Made by a program: the position numbers and the translations under genes. Under the pieces are notes generated by a model. The model was not told the origin of the DNA. It searched no databases and saw nothing but the letters and a program-made list of their open reading frames with translations. Below are positions 18,468 to 27,626 of a stretch of DNA of 34,926 nucleotides, in pieces. The stretch is from positions 1-34,926 of the IMG/VR virus record IMGVR_UViG_3300031951_000638. One strand, written 5' to 3'. The first letter of the stretch is position 1; each line of letters starts with the position of its first letter. The DNA is from a virus. Lineage: Duplodnaviria; Caudoviricetes.

Positions 18468-18797
18468 ATGACAACAAGAATACCATTTAAATGGGGTAAT
18501 GCTAATTTTGCTTGGGAAACAAATCCATTTCCTAATCAAAGCCGCAATCCGTTTACTTGGGATGATGTTGCATTAATAATTGAAGTTATAGGTGGTTTAG
18601 GTGGTGGAGGAAAAGTAGAAGACCAATATTGGGATAAAAAGAAAAAGAAAAAATTTATTACTTTAATGATGAAGTGTGGAGTAATGGATAAAGAATACAA
18701 AGAAACCAAAGAAGTAACAGATTATAAAATACGTATATCAGACGTAGCTTTAGTAGCTAAAGAAGTACTAGGCATAAATATAAAAATTGATTTATAA
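18468..18797 (+). CDS. Hypothetical protein (Trp-rich N-terminus)
   Basis: 109-aa ORF, coupled by a TAATG overlap to the next gene. Confidence 0.7.
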   Translation: MTTRIPFKWGNANFAWETNPFPNQSRNPFTWDDVALIIEVIGGLGGGGKVEDQYWDKKKKKKFITLMMKCGVMDKEYKETKEVTDYKIRISDVALVAKEVLGINIKIDL

Positions 18798-19366
18798 TGT
18801 ATAGATTATTTACAGATAAAACAGAACTTTTTGAATGTAATATTAAATTAGAAGGCGCCCAACTAAAAAACAGTCAAGCGCGACTAATAATTGAGTCGGA
18901 AGATATTAACCTTTTATTTAAAGGAAAAATTGATTCTGATGGTAAATGTACAATACCAATTAAAAAACTAAAAGGTTTATTAGAAGGAGATACAAAAGGT
19001 GAAATTAAGCTTGAAGTCATAGCAGAAGATACGTATTTTACTCCCTGGAAATCGGAATTTGTAGTTGAAGCGAGCAAGAAGTTAACAGTAGAAGTTAAGT
19101 CACAAGATGCTGAATTGATAATGGAAAGTGCACCAAAAGTACATGTGAGTGGAATTAAGGAGGAAGTAAAAGATCCTATATTAGAACATGTTATAAAAAT
19201 AGTTAAAATGTTAATTAAAGAAGATATTAATATAGATAATTTAACAATTAAGAAAAATAAAGTTAACAACATTATTGCAACATATATTCAAACAAACCCA
19301 ATTCAAGAATCATATTTTCCAAAAGTAATTGATGGAATTATGAGTAATTTGTCTAAAAGAAAATAA
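18797..19366 (+). CDS. Hypothetical beta-rich protein
   Basis: 189-aa ORF within the operon. Confidence 0.7.
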   Translation: MYRLFTDKTELFECNIKLEGAQLKNSQARLIIESEDINLLFKGKIDSDGKCTIPIKKLKGLLEGDTKGEIKLEVIAEDTYFTPWKSEFVVEASKKLTVEVKSQDAELIMESAPKVHVSGIKEEVKDPILEHVIKIVKMLIKEDINIDNLTIKKNKVNNIIATYIQTNPIQESYFPKVIDGIMSNLSKRK

Positions 19367-19373
19367 ATAAGTT

Positions 19374-21440
19374 ATGGCTGGACCTTTTGATTTTACAGGT
19401 CAAAATATTGAAAATACTTACCAAAGGGTTCTACAAACACCAGATGGAACTACATTTTATGATGGGACTGGTTCATTAGTTACATTACCTAGCGCTAATA
19501 CTGCTTCACTTTTAACCACAGCATCAGTATCTTCAAATACTATTACCTTTACTAAAGGTGATGGGAGTACATTTCCTATTACTGTTAACACAGGGTCAGG
19601 AGGAGGTTCTCCTACAAATACTGGTTCATTATTAGTAACAGCCTCTGCTATATTAAACCAAATTACTTTTACTAAAGGTGACACAAGTCAATTTACTATA
19701 ATTGTAGATACTGGTTCCGCAACATCTATAGATACTGGCTCATTTGTAACTACATCCTCATTTAATAATTTTACTTCCTCATACAATACAGGTAGTTTTA
19801 CTGGTTCATTTACTGGTATTTTTAATGGTACTGCTTCTTGGGCTTATTCATCATCACAAGCCACTTCTGCTTCATATGCTTTAAGTTCATCATATAGTTT
19901 AAGTAGCAGTTATGCTTTAAGTAGTTCATATTCAACTACAGCTTCTTATGCTTCAAATGGCGGTGTTACACAATTATTAGCAGGACCAAATATATCTCTA
20001 TCTCCAACAAATGGTTTAGGCCAAGTCACAGTTAGTGCTACATTAAGTGGAAGTACAATTTTTAATACCGCAACTGGATCTTATGGATCGTTTTATGATA
20101 CAACCACACAAACTAATCCTGTTGCAAACGTACCTCGTTCAATGTCTCTTAACGAAACAGATATTACAAATGGGGTATCAATATCAGGATCAACAAATCC
20201 TTTTAACACTTACATCAAGACAAAAAATGCAGGTGTATATAATATTCAATTTTCTGCTCAAGTAGAAAAAACAGATTCTGGAACCGATGAAATAGTAATT
20301 TGGTTAAGAAAAAATGGAATTGATTTAACAGACACTGCTACTACTATAACATTAGTTGGGAACTCTACTAAAGTAGTAGCAGCTTGGAACTGGTTTGTAA
20401 CCTCAGCAGCAAACGACTACTACCAAATTATATGGATATCAGCTGATACCAGTATGAGGTTACTAGCAGAACCAATCTCAGGAACACACCCTGGTATTCC
20501 TTCAGTTATCTTAACAGTAAATAGAGTAGATCAATTTTTAAGCAATACAGGTTCGTTTACAGGATCATTTACAGGAGAACTTATAGGCACAGCAAGTTGG
20601 GCTTATTCATCATCACAGGCTACATCTGCTTCATATGCGCTTTCATCAAGTTACGCCACCTCAGCATCTTATACTTTATCAAGTTCTTATAGTTTAAGTA
20701 GTTCACTAGCAGAATCATCCTCATACAGTCTCTCAAGCAGTTATTCAGAAACAGCTTCTTATGCTCTAAATGGATTACCACCAGGTCTATCCAGTCAAAT
20801 ATTACAAATAGATACTTCTAACCAATATCAATTGCAGTCCCAATTAAATGATTTAACTGGACTTTTATCAGTTGATTTTGAGAACAGACTACTATCATAT
20901 GATGGAACAACACCAGCTTTAGAGTATGGTAAATTTGGAATATTATATGACCCATCTGGAAACAAATCAATTGATTTTGGAACTAAAAGAGAAATATATT
21001 ACTCAGATGGTACCACACCAGCAATAACATACGGTACCCAAGACTTAATAATAATATCAGGAAGTACTCAATTTAGTGGGTCTGTATTTATATCTGGTAC
21101 ATTACAGGGTGGAGGCTCAGGACATATCATAACATATGATACTGCTTCAGGTCAATTATTTTATACAGCTTCTTCAGCGATCGGCGGAGGACCTTCAGTA
21201 TCAACTGGAAGTTTACTGACTACAGCATCAGTCAGTTTAAACACTATAACTTTTACAAAAGGAGATGGAAGTACTTTTCCAATCACAGTTGACACAGGTA
21301 GTGGTGGGGGAGGTGGAGTCACTCAAATTATAGCCGGACAAAATGTAACTATAAGTCCAACATCAGGTACTGGATCAGTAACAATTAACTCAGTAGCAAA
21401 CAATAGCACAAAACTTTTTAATTATTATAATTTTATGTAA
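19374..21440 (+). CDS. Ser/Thr/Gly-rich fibre or virion appendage protein with internal repeats
   Basis: (S/T)ASYA repeats, TGSFTGSF, three copies of an ITFTKGD module, central beta-sandwich-like domain. Confidence 0.75.
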   Translation: MAGPFDFTGQNIENTYQRVLQTPDGTTFYDGTGSLVTLPSANTASLLTTASVSSNTITFTKGDGSTFPITVNTGSGGGSPTNTGSLLVTASAILNQITFTKGDTSQFTIIVDTGSATSIDTGSFVTTSSFNNFTSSYNTGSFTGSFTGIFNGTASWAYSSSQATSASYALSSSYSLSSSYALSSSYSTTASYASNGGVTQLLAGPNISLSPTNGLGQVTVSATLSGSTIFNTATGSYGSFYDTTTQTNPVANVPRSMSLNETDITNGVSISGSTNPFNTYIKTKNAGVYNIQFSAQVEKTDSGTDEIVIWLRKNGIDLTDTATTITLVGNSTKVVAAWNWFVTSAANDYYQIIWISADTSMRLLAEPISGTHPGIPSVILTVNRVDQFLSNTGSFTGSFTGELIGTASWAYSSSQATSASYALSSSYATSASYTLSSSYSLSSSLAESSSYSLSSSYSETASYALNGLPPGLSSQILQIDTSNQYQLQSQLNDLTGLLSVDFENRLLSYDGTTPALEYGKFGILYDPSGNKSIDFGTKREIYYSDGTTPAITYGTQDLIIISGSTQFSGSVFISGTLQGGGSGHIITYDTASGQLFYTASSAIGGGPSVSTGSLLTTASVSLNTITFTKGDGSTFPITVDTGSGGGGGVTQIIAGQNVTISPTSGTGSVTINSVANNSTKLFNYYNFM

Positions 21441-21442
21441 TT

Positions 21443-21874
21443 ATGGCACAAAATTTAAACCCAATTTTTGTACTCACGCCTAACGTAGGAGTAGCTAGAA
21501 TAACAGTGGCTACAACAGCTTCAAATGGAGCTGGAACTTTAGTAACATTATTAACAGCATCATTAGATGGAACAAGAGTGGATGGGGTCAGGTTTCGTAA
21601 CTCAGCAACCGCTTCCGCAGGAGCAACAACAGCCATGACTCACAAGATATTTTATTCACCAACAAATCAATCTGGTTCTGGTACATGCTTTCTTGTAGGC
21701 GAAGTATTAACCAGTGCAGTCACAAGAGCTGTTGGAACAGTTGGTGCCACTTCAATCTATACGTTTGACTTACCATTATATATGCCTTCAGGCTCAGCTT
21801 TATTTGTTGCCCAATCAGCCTTTAATAGTCCTCTTGATCAATTTGATGCTCAAGCATTCGCAGGAAATTATTAA
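21443..21874 (+). CDS. Small virion-associated beta protein
   Basis: T/A/G-rich 143-aa ORF in the fibre cluster. Confidence 0.6.
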   Translation: MAQNLNPIFVLTPNVGVARITVATTASNGAGTLVTLLTASLDGTRVDGVRFRNSATASAGATTAMTHKIFYSPTNQSGSGTCFLVGEVLTSAVTRAVGTVGATSIYTFDLPLYMPSGSALFVAQSAFNSPLDQFDAQAFAGNY

Positions 21875-21885
21875 TTATAAAAAAT

Positions 21886-22125
21886 ATGGAAGAAAATAAA
21901 TTTGTAATTTTAAGTACAAGAACAGACAGAGAATTTTTATATACGCTTGTGAGATATAATGATGAATTTGAAGTAGAAGTAGCTCATTTTGCTCCTAAAG
22001 ACATAAATGAAATAAATCAGAATATTATTAATAGAGGGTTAACAGAAATAGAAAAGAAAAGGTTAGCATTAGAAATTCAAGCTTTAATACCACAAATAGA
22101 AGTTAACAAGGATATTATTTTTTAA
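21886..22125 (+). CDS. Small hypothetical protein (possible fibre chaperone)
   Basis: 79 aa, charged, lies between fibre genes. Confidence 0.55.
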   Translation: MEENKFVILSTRTDREFLYTLVRYNDEFEVEVAHFAPKDINEINQNIINRGLTEIEKKRLALEIQALIPQIEVNKDIIF

Positions 22126-24059
22126 TGGCTACGTACTATTTTAGAAACGCCGGAGCAAATTGGGGAGATGCTACTAATTGGTCATTAAGTACAGGAGGAC
22201 CAGCAGATGGAGCAGTTCCAACTGCAGCTGATGATGCAATATTTGATGCAAACTCAGCAAATTGTACAGTAAACGCTTCTAATAGAGTTTGTCTTACCAT
22301 AAACTTTACTAATTACATAAATACCATTACAATGGATTTTGGTATCAGTGTGAGTGGTAACATAACGCTTGGAGCTGGAATGGGTGTAGGAGGCACAGGA
22401 TTTTTAGCATTTAATAACGTCTCAGCCACCTATACTCCAAATGGTTATATATGGCCTAATGAATTTAGATTTATTACCATCTCTACGTCAAAAACATATA
22501 CAATTGCCGCAGATTGTACCTTTGGTGGAGTAGTAACAAATACCGGTAGTGTAGGAGGTGCCTTAGCCAATATATTTGCTGGTGGAAGAACAATAACTTG
22601 CAATGCTGGTATCAATAATACAGTTGACCAGCCTTTTCAAGGAGTGACTTCTTTAACCACGTTTGTGATTGCTGGGGGCACACTAAATGGACAGTTTGGA
22701 ACGTTAACAAATCTTAATTTAAACAGTGGTGCAAATGCTATAACTATATCAGCTGTTAACTTTAGCAGTACAACAGGTACATTCTCATACACTTCTGGAG
22801 TAGTGAACGCTGCTTCAGCAACTTTAACCATGACTCTAGGAACTCTTAATCTAGGATCTAATGTAAAATGGAACATAATAATAGCAGCAGGTGGTGGAAC
22901 TACAACTTTAACTAACGACCTTTGGTGCAACACATTAAATATGTCTGGAGCATTGGGTTTAGTTGGTGATTTCAAAATTTACTTAAACACATATACCGGT
23001 ACTCTAGGAAACGTTCAAGTTCCAAGCGGTGGTGGAACAAAACCTACTTTAAACTTTAATGGAGGAACTTCCAGTACAACATCAGGTACAATTTCTATAT
23101 CATCCAATACCATAAACGCTTGGAAATTGATTGATATAGATATGCCTTTAGTTACATTTACAACTGATATTTTTGTTTTAGGCTCTCTTACAGATGTTTC
23201 TTTTAAATTAACAAGTGGGACATTTATACCACCAAGAGTATTAAGTATCACAAACGCAATAGGATCAATTGATACCTTAGGCACAAGCTGGAATAGAGTA
23301 GACATTGGGTCTAATGTAACTTTTGGTACGTGGAGTATACTTATAGATATTTGGTGTACCTACCTAAGATTTGCAGCAACTGTTGGTCTAACTTTAAATG
23401 GATCTAGTATATATGTAAACGGAAGCTTAGAAAATTCTAATTCTGGGGCAGTCCAAGGAACAGCTACTATCAATTTAATTGGTAGTGGATTTTGGGTACA
23501 TGGAGGATCATCTACTGTTTTTTCAAATCCTCTAGTAATTAATACCGGAGGAACCTATAGGTTAGGTGCATCAGCTAATACTACATTTCCAAATCTATAT
23601 AAAAACGGAAATTTAAACTACATAAAAGGAACAGTAATAGCTAGAGGAACAACTTTACTTGTTACTGCAACTAGTGCTGGATGGGTAAATATGCATAGAA
23701 TAGCTTTTGATACAGTCACAATAACTGGTGGAACAACTCAAACAATGAATGAATTTTTTGGAGGAAGACCAGGAAGGTTTTGTGTAGTAAGATCCACAAA
23801 TACCACAAACGTAACAATTATATTTACTGATGGTTTTGAAAAATTTGCAAGGTGGGTATCACCCTCTAATATGACAATCTCCAGAAGAGGACAAGTAAAA
23901 CTATTATCTAGTAGAGGAAGTAGAAGTAACACTAATTTAGGTTTTATAAGTTTTGAAGGTGGAAGTGCATTTGGATTAGCTCACAATAATCCAATTACAT
24001 ATCAACCTACATCATATTATGGATTAGGAAATAATCCTGCTGATCCGGCTTTATTTTAA
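22125..24059 (+). CDS. Beta-helix/adhesin-like putative receptor-binding protein
   Basis: N-terminal NWGDATNWSLSTGG...VPTAADDAIFD motif, then T/G/N-rich beta-strand repeats. Confidence 0.65.
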   Translation: MATYYFRNAGANWGDATNWSLSTGGPADGAVPTAADDAIFDANSANCTVNASNRVCLTINFTNYINTITMDFGISVSGNITLGAGMGVGGTGFLAFNNVSATYTPNGYIWPNEFRFITISTSKTYTIAADCTFGGVVTNTGSVGGALANIFAGGRTITCNAGINNTVDQPFQGVTSLTTFVIAGGTLNGQFGTLTNLNLNSGANAITISAVNFSSTTGTFSYTSGVVNAASATLTMTLGTLNLGSNVKWNIIIAAGGGTTTLTNDLWCNTLNMSGALGLVGDFKIYLNTYTGTLGNVQVPSGGGTKPTLNFNGGTSSTTSGTISISSNTINAWKLIDIDMPLVTFTTDIFVLGSLTDVSFKLTSGTFIPPRVLSITNAIGSIDTLGTSWNRVDIGSNVTFGTWSILIDIWCTYLRFAATVGLTLNGSSIYVNGSLENSNSGAVQGTATINLIGSGFWVHGGSSTVFSNPLVINTGGTYRLGASANTTFPNLYKNGNLNYIKGTVIARGTTLLVTATSAGWVNMHRIAFDTVTITGGTTQTMNEFFGGRPGRFCVVRSTNTTNVTIIFTDGFEKFARWVSPSNMTISRRGQVKLLSSRGSRSNTNLGFISFEGGSAFGLAHNNPITYQPTSYYGLGNNPADPALF

Positions 24060-24084
24060 TATATTTATAATAAATAACTAACAT

Positions 24085-25218
24085 ATGAATATCCCTATCT
24101 ACCCAGGCTCAAGTTCATTTTATACCGGAAGTACACCTTTTGGTTTCTATGATAATGATCCTCAATTTCAAATAGATGCTGATAAAGTAGTAACATTTTG
24201 TGCTAGAAGATTAGGATATCCTATTATGGATGTTGAATTACAAGACTTAAACTTTTACGCGGCGTTTGAAGAAGCAATCACAACCTACGGTAATGAGTTA
24301 TATTCATACCAATTAAGAGATAATTTATTAGATGTTATGAATACTCCAACATCTTCTAACTTAAATAACGCAATTATAACTCCTAGTTTTGCTAATCTTG
24401 TCAGATTATCTCAACAATATGCTTCTGAAGCTGGAGTAGGAGGAAATATCACTTATTATAGTGGATCTATTCCTTTAACAGCATCTATTCAAGATTATGA
24501 TTTAGGTCAGTGGGCTATTGAAAATAATATAACTGGAGGAATAGAAATAAAAAGAATATTTTACCAACCTATCCCTGCTGTTAATCAAGTATTTAATTTA
24601 AATTTATTCTCAGGATTAGGAGGTGTTCCAGCTGTTGGTACTTATGGTTTATTTGGATCAACAGGATTCTTAATGTATCCTACAAGTTTACTTATACAAA
24701 CTGCTCAAGCAATCGAAATGCAAAATCAAACGGCACTGCCGGATTATACGTTTGAGTTAATAAATAATAAACTAAGAATATTTCCTATACCTCCACAAGA
24801 TGGACATAGTTTATGGTTTCAGTATCTTAAACTAGAAGACAGAATTAATAGTATTGTTCAACAAGTATCAGGAAGTATAACTAATCCTTCAAATGCTGGA
24901 TATAATAATCCAACATACTCGCAAATAAATTCAATAGGTAGACAATGGATTTTTGAATATACTTTATCTTTATGTAAAGAGATATTAGGGTATGTTCGTG
25001 GAAAATATACTCAGGTTCCTATACCTAATAATAATGTAACATTAAATCAATCTGATTTAATCTCAGCAGCAACAGCTGAAAAAGCAGCTTTACTTGAAAG
25101 ATTAAGATTATATCTTGATGAAACTTCAAAACAAAAATTATTAGAAAGAAAATCATTAGAGAGTGATTATAGAGTTAAAGAAATTAGTTATTCTCCATTA
25201 ACAATATTTATAGGATAA
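24085..25218 (+). CDS. Neck protein (T4 gp13-like)
   Basis: RRLGYPIMDVEL, WIFEYTLSLCKEILG and PLTIFIG motifs; synteny. Confidence 0.8.
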   Translation: MNIPIYPGSSSFYTGSTPFGFYDNDPQFQIDADKVVTFCARRLGYPIMDVELQDLNFYAAFEEAITTYGNELYSYQLRDNLLDVMNTPTSSNLNNAIITPSFANLVRLSQQYASEAGVGGNITYYSGSIPLTASIQDYDLGQWAIENNITGGIEIKRIFYQPIPAVNQVFNLNLFSGLGGVPAVGTYGLFGSTGFLMYPTSLLIQTAQAIEMQNQTALPDYTFELINNKLRIFPIPPQDGHSLWFQYLKLEDRINSIVQQVSGSITNPSNAGYNNPTYSQINSIGRQWIFEYTLSLCKEILGYVRGKYTQVPIPNNNVTLNQSDLISAATAEKAALLERLRLYLDETSKQKLLERKSLESDYRVKEISYSPLTIFIG

Positions 25219-25222
25219 AAAT

Positions 25223-25738
25223 ATGTGTGCATTATTTGGTTCTAGTCGAGATGTGTCATTTGTAAGAAGAATGAATAGAGAATTAATGGGTAACATTATT
25301 TCTCAACAATGTGCTTTTTACAAATATAAGTTAAATGAAACCAAAATTAATATGTATGGAGAAGCATCAGGAGGAAAATTTTTTGATGGTCCTACATTAT
25401 TTAATGCTCTTATTACTATTGGTGAGAGTACTAGTCCTACAAGTGATTTAGGAGTCAATTTTGATTGGCCTATAAGTTTTGCATTTTTAAGAGACGATTT
25501 AGTTGAAGCAAATGTGCATCCAGAAGTAGGAGATGTTATATTATATCAAGAAAGCTATTGGGAAATAGATAACGCTCGAGTGACTCAATATTGGGTAGGT
25601 AAAGATCCAGATTATCCTTATGAACCAAATCCTTTAAACCCAGGATTATCTAATTTTGGTTACAATGTTGAAGTATTCTGTGATTGTCATTATGTGCCAG
25701 CAGATAGAGTGAATCTGCAAAGAACTAGATTATTATAA
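25223..25738 (+). CDS. Head completion/neck protein (T4 gp14-like)
   Basis: PEVGDVI motif; lies between gp13-like and gp15-like genes. Confidence 0.65.
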   Translation: MCALFGSSRDVSFVRRMNRELMGNIISQQCAFYKYKLNETKINMYGEASGGKFFDGPTLFNALITIGESTSPTSDLGVNFDWPISFAFLRDDLVEANVHPEVGDVILYQESYWEIDNARVTQYWVGKDPDYPYEPNPLNPGLSNFGYNVEVFCDCHYVPADRVNLQRTRLL

Positions 25739-25751
25739 TATTTATAATAAA

Positions 25752-26450
25752 ATGATAGGTATATATAAAATAACTAATCCTAAGGGTAAAGCATATATTG
25801 GGCAATCTACTAAAATTGAAATAAGAACTAATTTTTATAAAACATATAATTGTAAAAAACAACCAAAACTTCTTAATTCTCTTAAAAAATATGGTTGGGA
25901 ACAACATATATTTGAAATAATTGAAGAATGTAGCTTAGAACAATTAAATGAGCGAGAAATATATTGGGGATCACATTATGGTGTTTTAGGTAAAAGCGGT
26001 TTAAATTTAAGATTAGGTAATGGAAGAGGAGCATGTAGTGATGAAACTAAACAAAAAATGAGTAAATCCCATTTAGGGAAAAAAGATAGTGAAGAAACTA
26101 AAAAGAAAAAAAGCCAAATTCTAAAAGGAAAACCCAAACCAGAAGGATTTGGAGAAAACCATAGTAAATTATTAAAAGGAAAATCCAAACCAGAAGGATT
26201 TGGAGAAAAATTAAGTAAAGCAAAAATAGGGGTACCACTACCATTGGGTACAGGTGAAAAAATAGGTAAAACAAAAGAAAAACCGGTATCCCAATTTGAT
26301 AAAGAAGGAAATATACTTAATATGTTTGATTCTGCTAAAAAAGCGGCTAAATATATAGGAGTACATGAAATTAATATGAGACTCCATTTAGGGGGAAAAT
26401 ACAAAACATGTAGAGGTTTTATATTTAAATATATATCACAAAATGTCTAA
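25752..26450 (+). mobile_element. Free-standing GIY-YIG homing endonuclease (NUMOD3-like repeats, C-terminal NUMOD1-like HTH)
   Basis: GIYKITNP...YIGQS; SDETKQKMS and SEETKKKKS; 51-nt-period repeat encoding KG(K)xKPEGFGE. Confidence 0.9.
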
Positions 26451-27318
26451 AGGAAGAAAACCAATACCTAAAACACAAAAAGAGATATTAATCTCTCAGC
26501 AAACTCCGTATATTCCACCGGCAGGAGCACCTGGTTTTTCTCCTACCGGAAACCCAAATGAAGCCAATATACCTAATAGAGGTGATCAAATTTCATTTAG
26601 AGGAGATACTACAAAACCATTTTCAATAGGTATTCAAGATATTGATGAGGCTATTATGTATTATTTTGTAAATGTAATTAGACCATTTGTAATACAAAAC
26701 GGAGAAAGAATAGAAGTGCCTATAATTTATGGTTCACCAGAAAAGTGGGCTTCATTTCAAAAATTTGGATATTTCAGAGACTCTCAAGGCAGAATTATGA
26801 TGCCTATTATTATGTTTAAAAGAGATAATATTGAAAAAATAAGATCTGTAGCTAATAAGTTAGACGCTAATAATCCTCATAACATATCTGTACAGGGTAA
26901 AAATTATAGTCCTAAAAATGCATATGATAATTTTGGTGTTTTGAATAATATCAAACCTCAAAAAAAATATTACGCTGTTGTAGTTCCTGATTATATAACA
27001 GTAACATATAGTTGTGCTATCAATACATACTATATGGATCAATTAAATAAGATTGTTGAAGCAATTGAATATGCTTCTGATTCATATTGGGGTGATCCAT
27101 CACGTTTTCAATTTAGGGCTATGATTGATTCATTTGCTATTAAAACTGAGTTAGCAGATAAAGAAGAGAGAACAGTAAGTAGTACTTTTTCTATTAAAAT
27201 GAACGGTCATATCATTCCAGACTTAATACAAAAAGATACAACAATCCCTAAACAAATCCCAGATGTAGTAGAGATAGCTATCTCTGAGCAAGTAGTAAAT
27301 AATATAAACAATAATTAA
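26443..27318 (+). CDS. Tail completion / sheath stabiliser (T4 gp15-like)
   Basis: VPIIYGSPEKW, MPII and QLNKIVE motifs; synteny. Confidence 0.75.
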   Translation: MSKGRKPIPKTQKEILISQQTPYIPPAGAPGFSPTGNPNEANIPNRGDQISFRGDTTKPFSIGIQDIDEAIMYYFVNVIRPFVIQNGERIEVPIIYGSPEKWASFQKFGYFRDSQGRIMMPIIMFKRDNIEKIRSVANKLDANNPHNISVQGKNYSPKNAYDNFGVLNNIKPQKKYYAVVVPDYITVTYSCAINTYYMDQLNKIVEAIEYASDSYWGDPSRFQFRAMIDSFAIKTELADKEERTVSSTFSIKMNGHIIPDLIQKDTTIPKQIPDVVEIAISEQVVNNINNN

Positions 27319-27326
27319 TAAAATTT

Positions 27327-27575
27327 ATGGAAGTAAAAGTTTTAACATCAGAAGAAATTAGTTCATTAAAATCAATTCAAGAAGAAAGATTTCAATTGAT
27401 AGAACAATTTGGTATACTTGAAATAAAAATTCAAGAATTTAATTTACAAAAAGAATTACTTAAAGAAGAATTAAAAAAATTACGTCAAGAAGAAAACACA
27501 GTAGGTGAAAATCTACAGAAAAAATATGGGGATGGAACAATCAATCTTGAAAAGGGAGAAATTGTAAGTAACTAG
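27327..27575 (+). CDS. Small coiled-coil protein
   Basis: 82 aa; ends KYGDGTINLEKGEI. Confidence 0.7.
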   Translation: MEVKVLTSEEISSLKSIQEERFQLIEQFGILEIKIQEFNLQKELLKEELKKLRQEENTVGENLQKKYGDGTINLEKGEIVSN

Positions 27576-27626
27576 TATTTTTAAATCGTTTCACCATATT
27601 TATAACAAAATTAAACAAAATAAAAA

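Noticed and set aside
5987-21899. Short alternative-frame + strand ORFs (5987, 16781, 20047, 21714)
   Set aside because: Fully nested in larger genes, no leader motif, explained by repeats or codon bias.
19374-24059. Diversity-generating retroelement or invertible tail-fibre cassette
   Set aside because: No reverse transcriptase or recombinase in the window. Repeat copies differ at synonymous positions rather than specifically at adenines.
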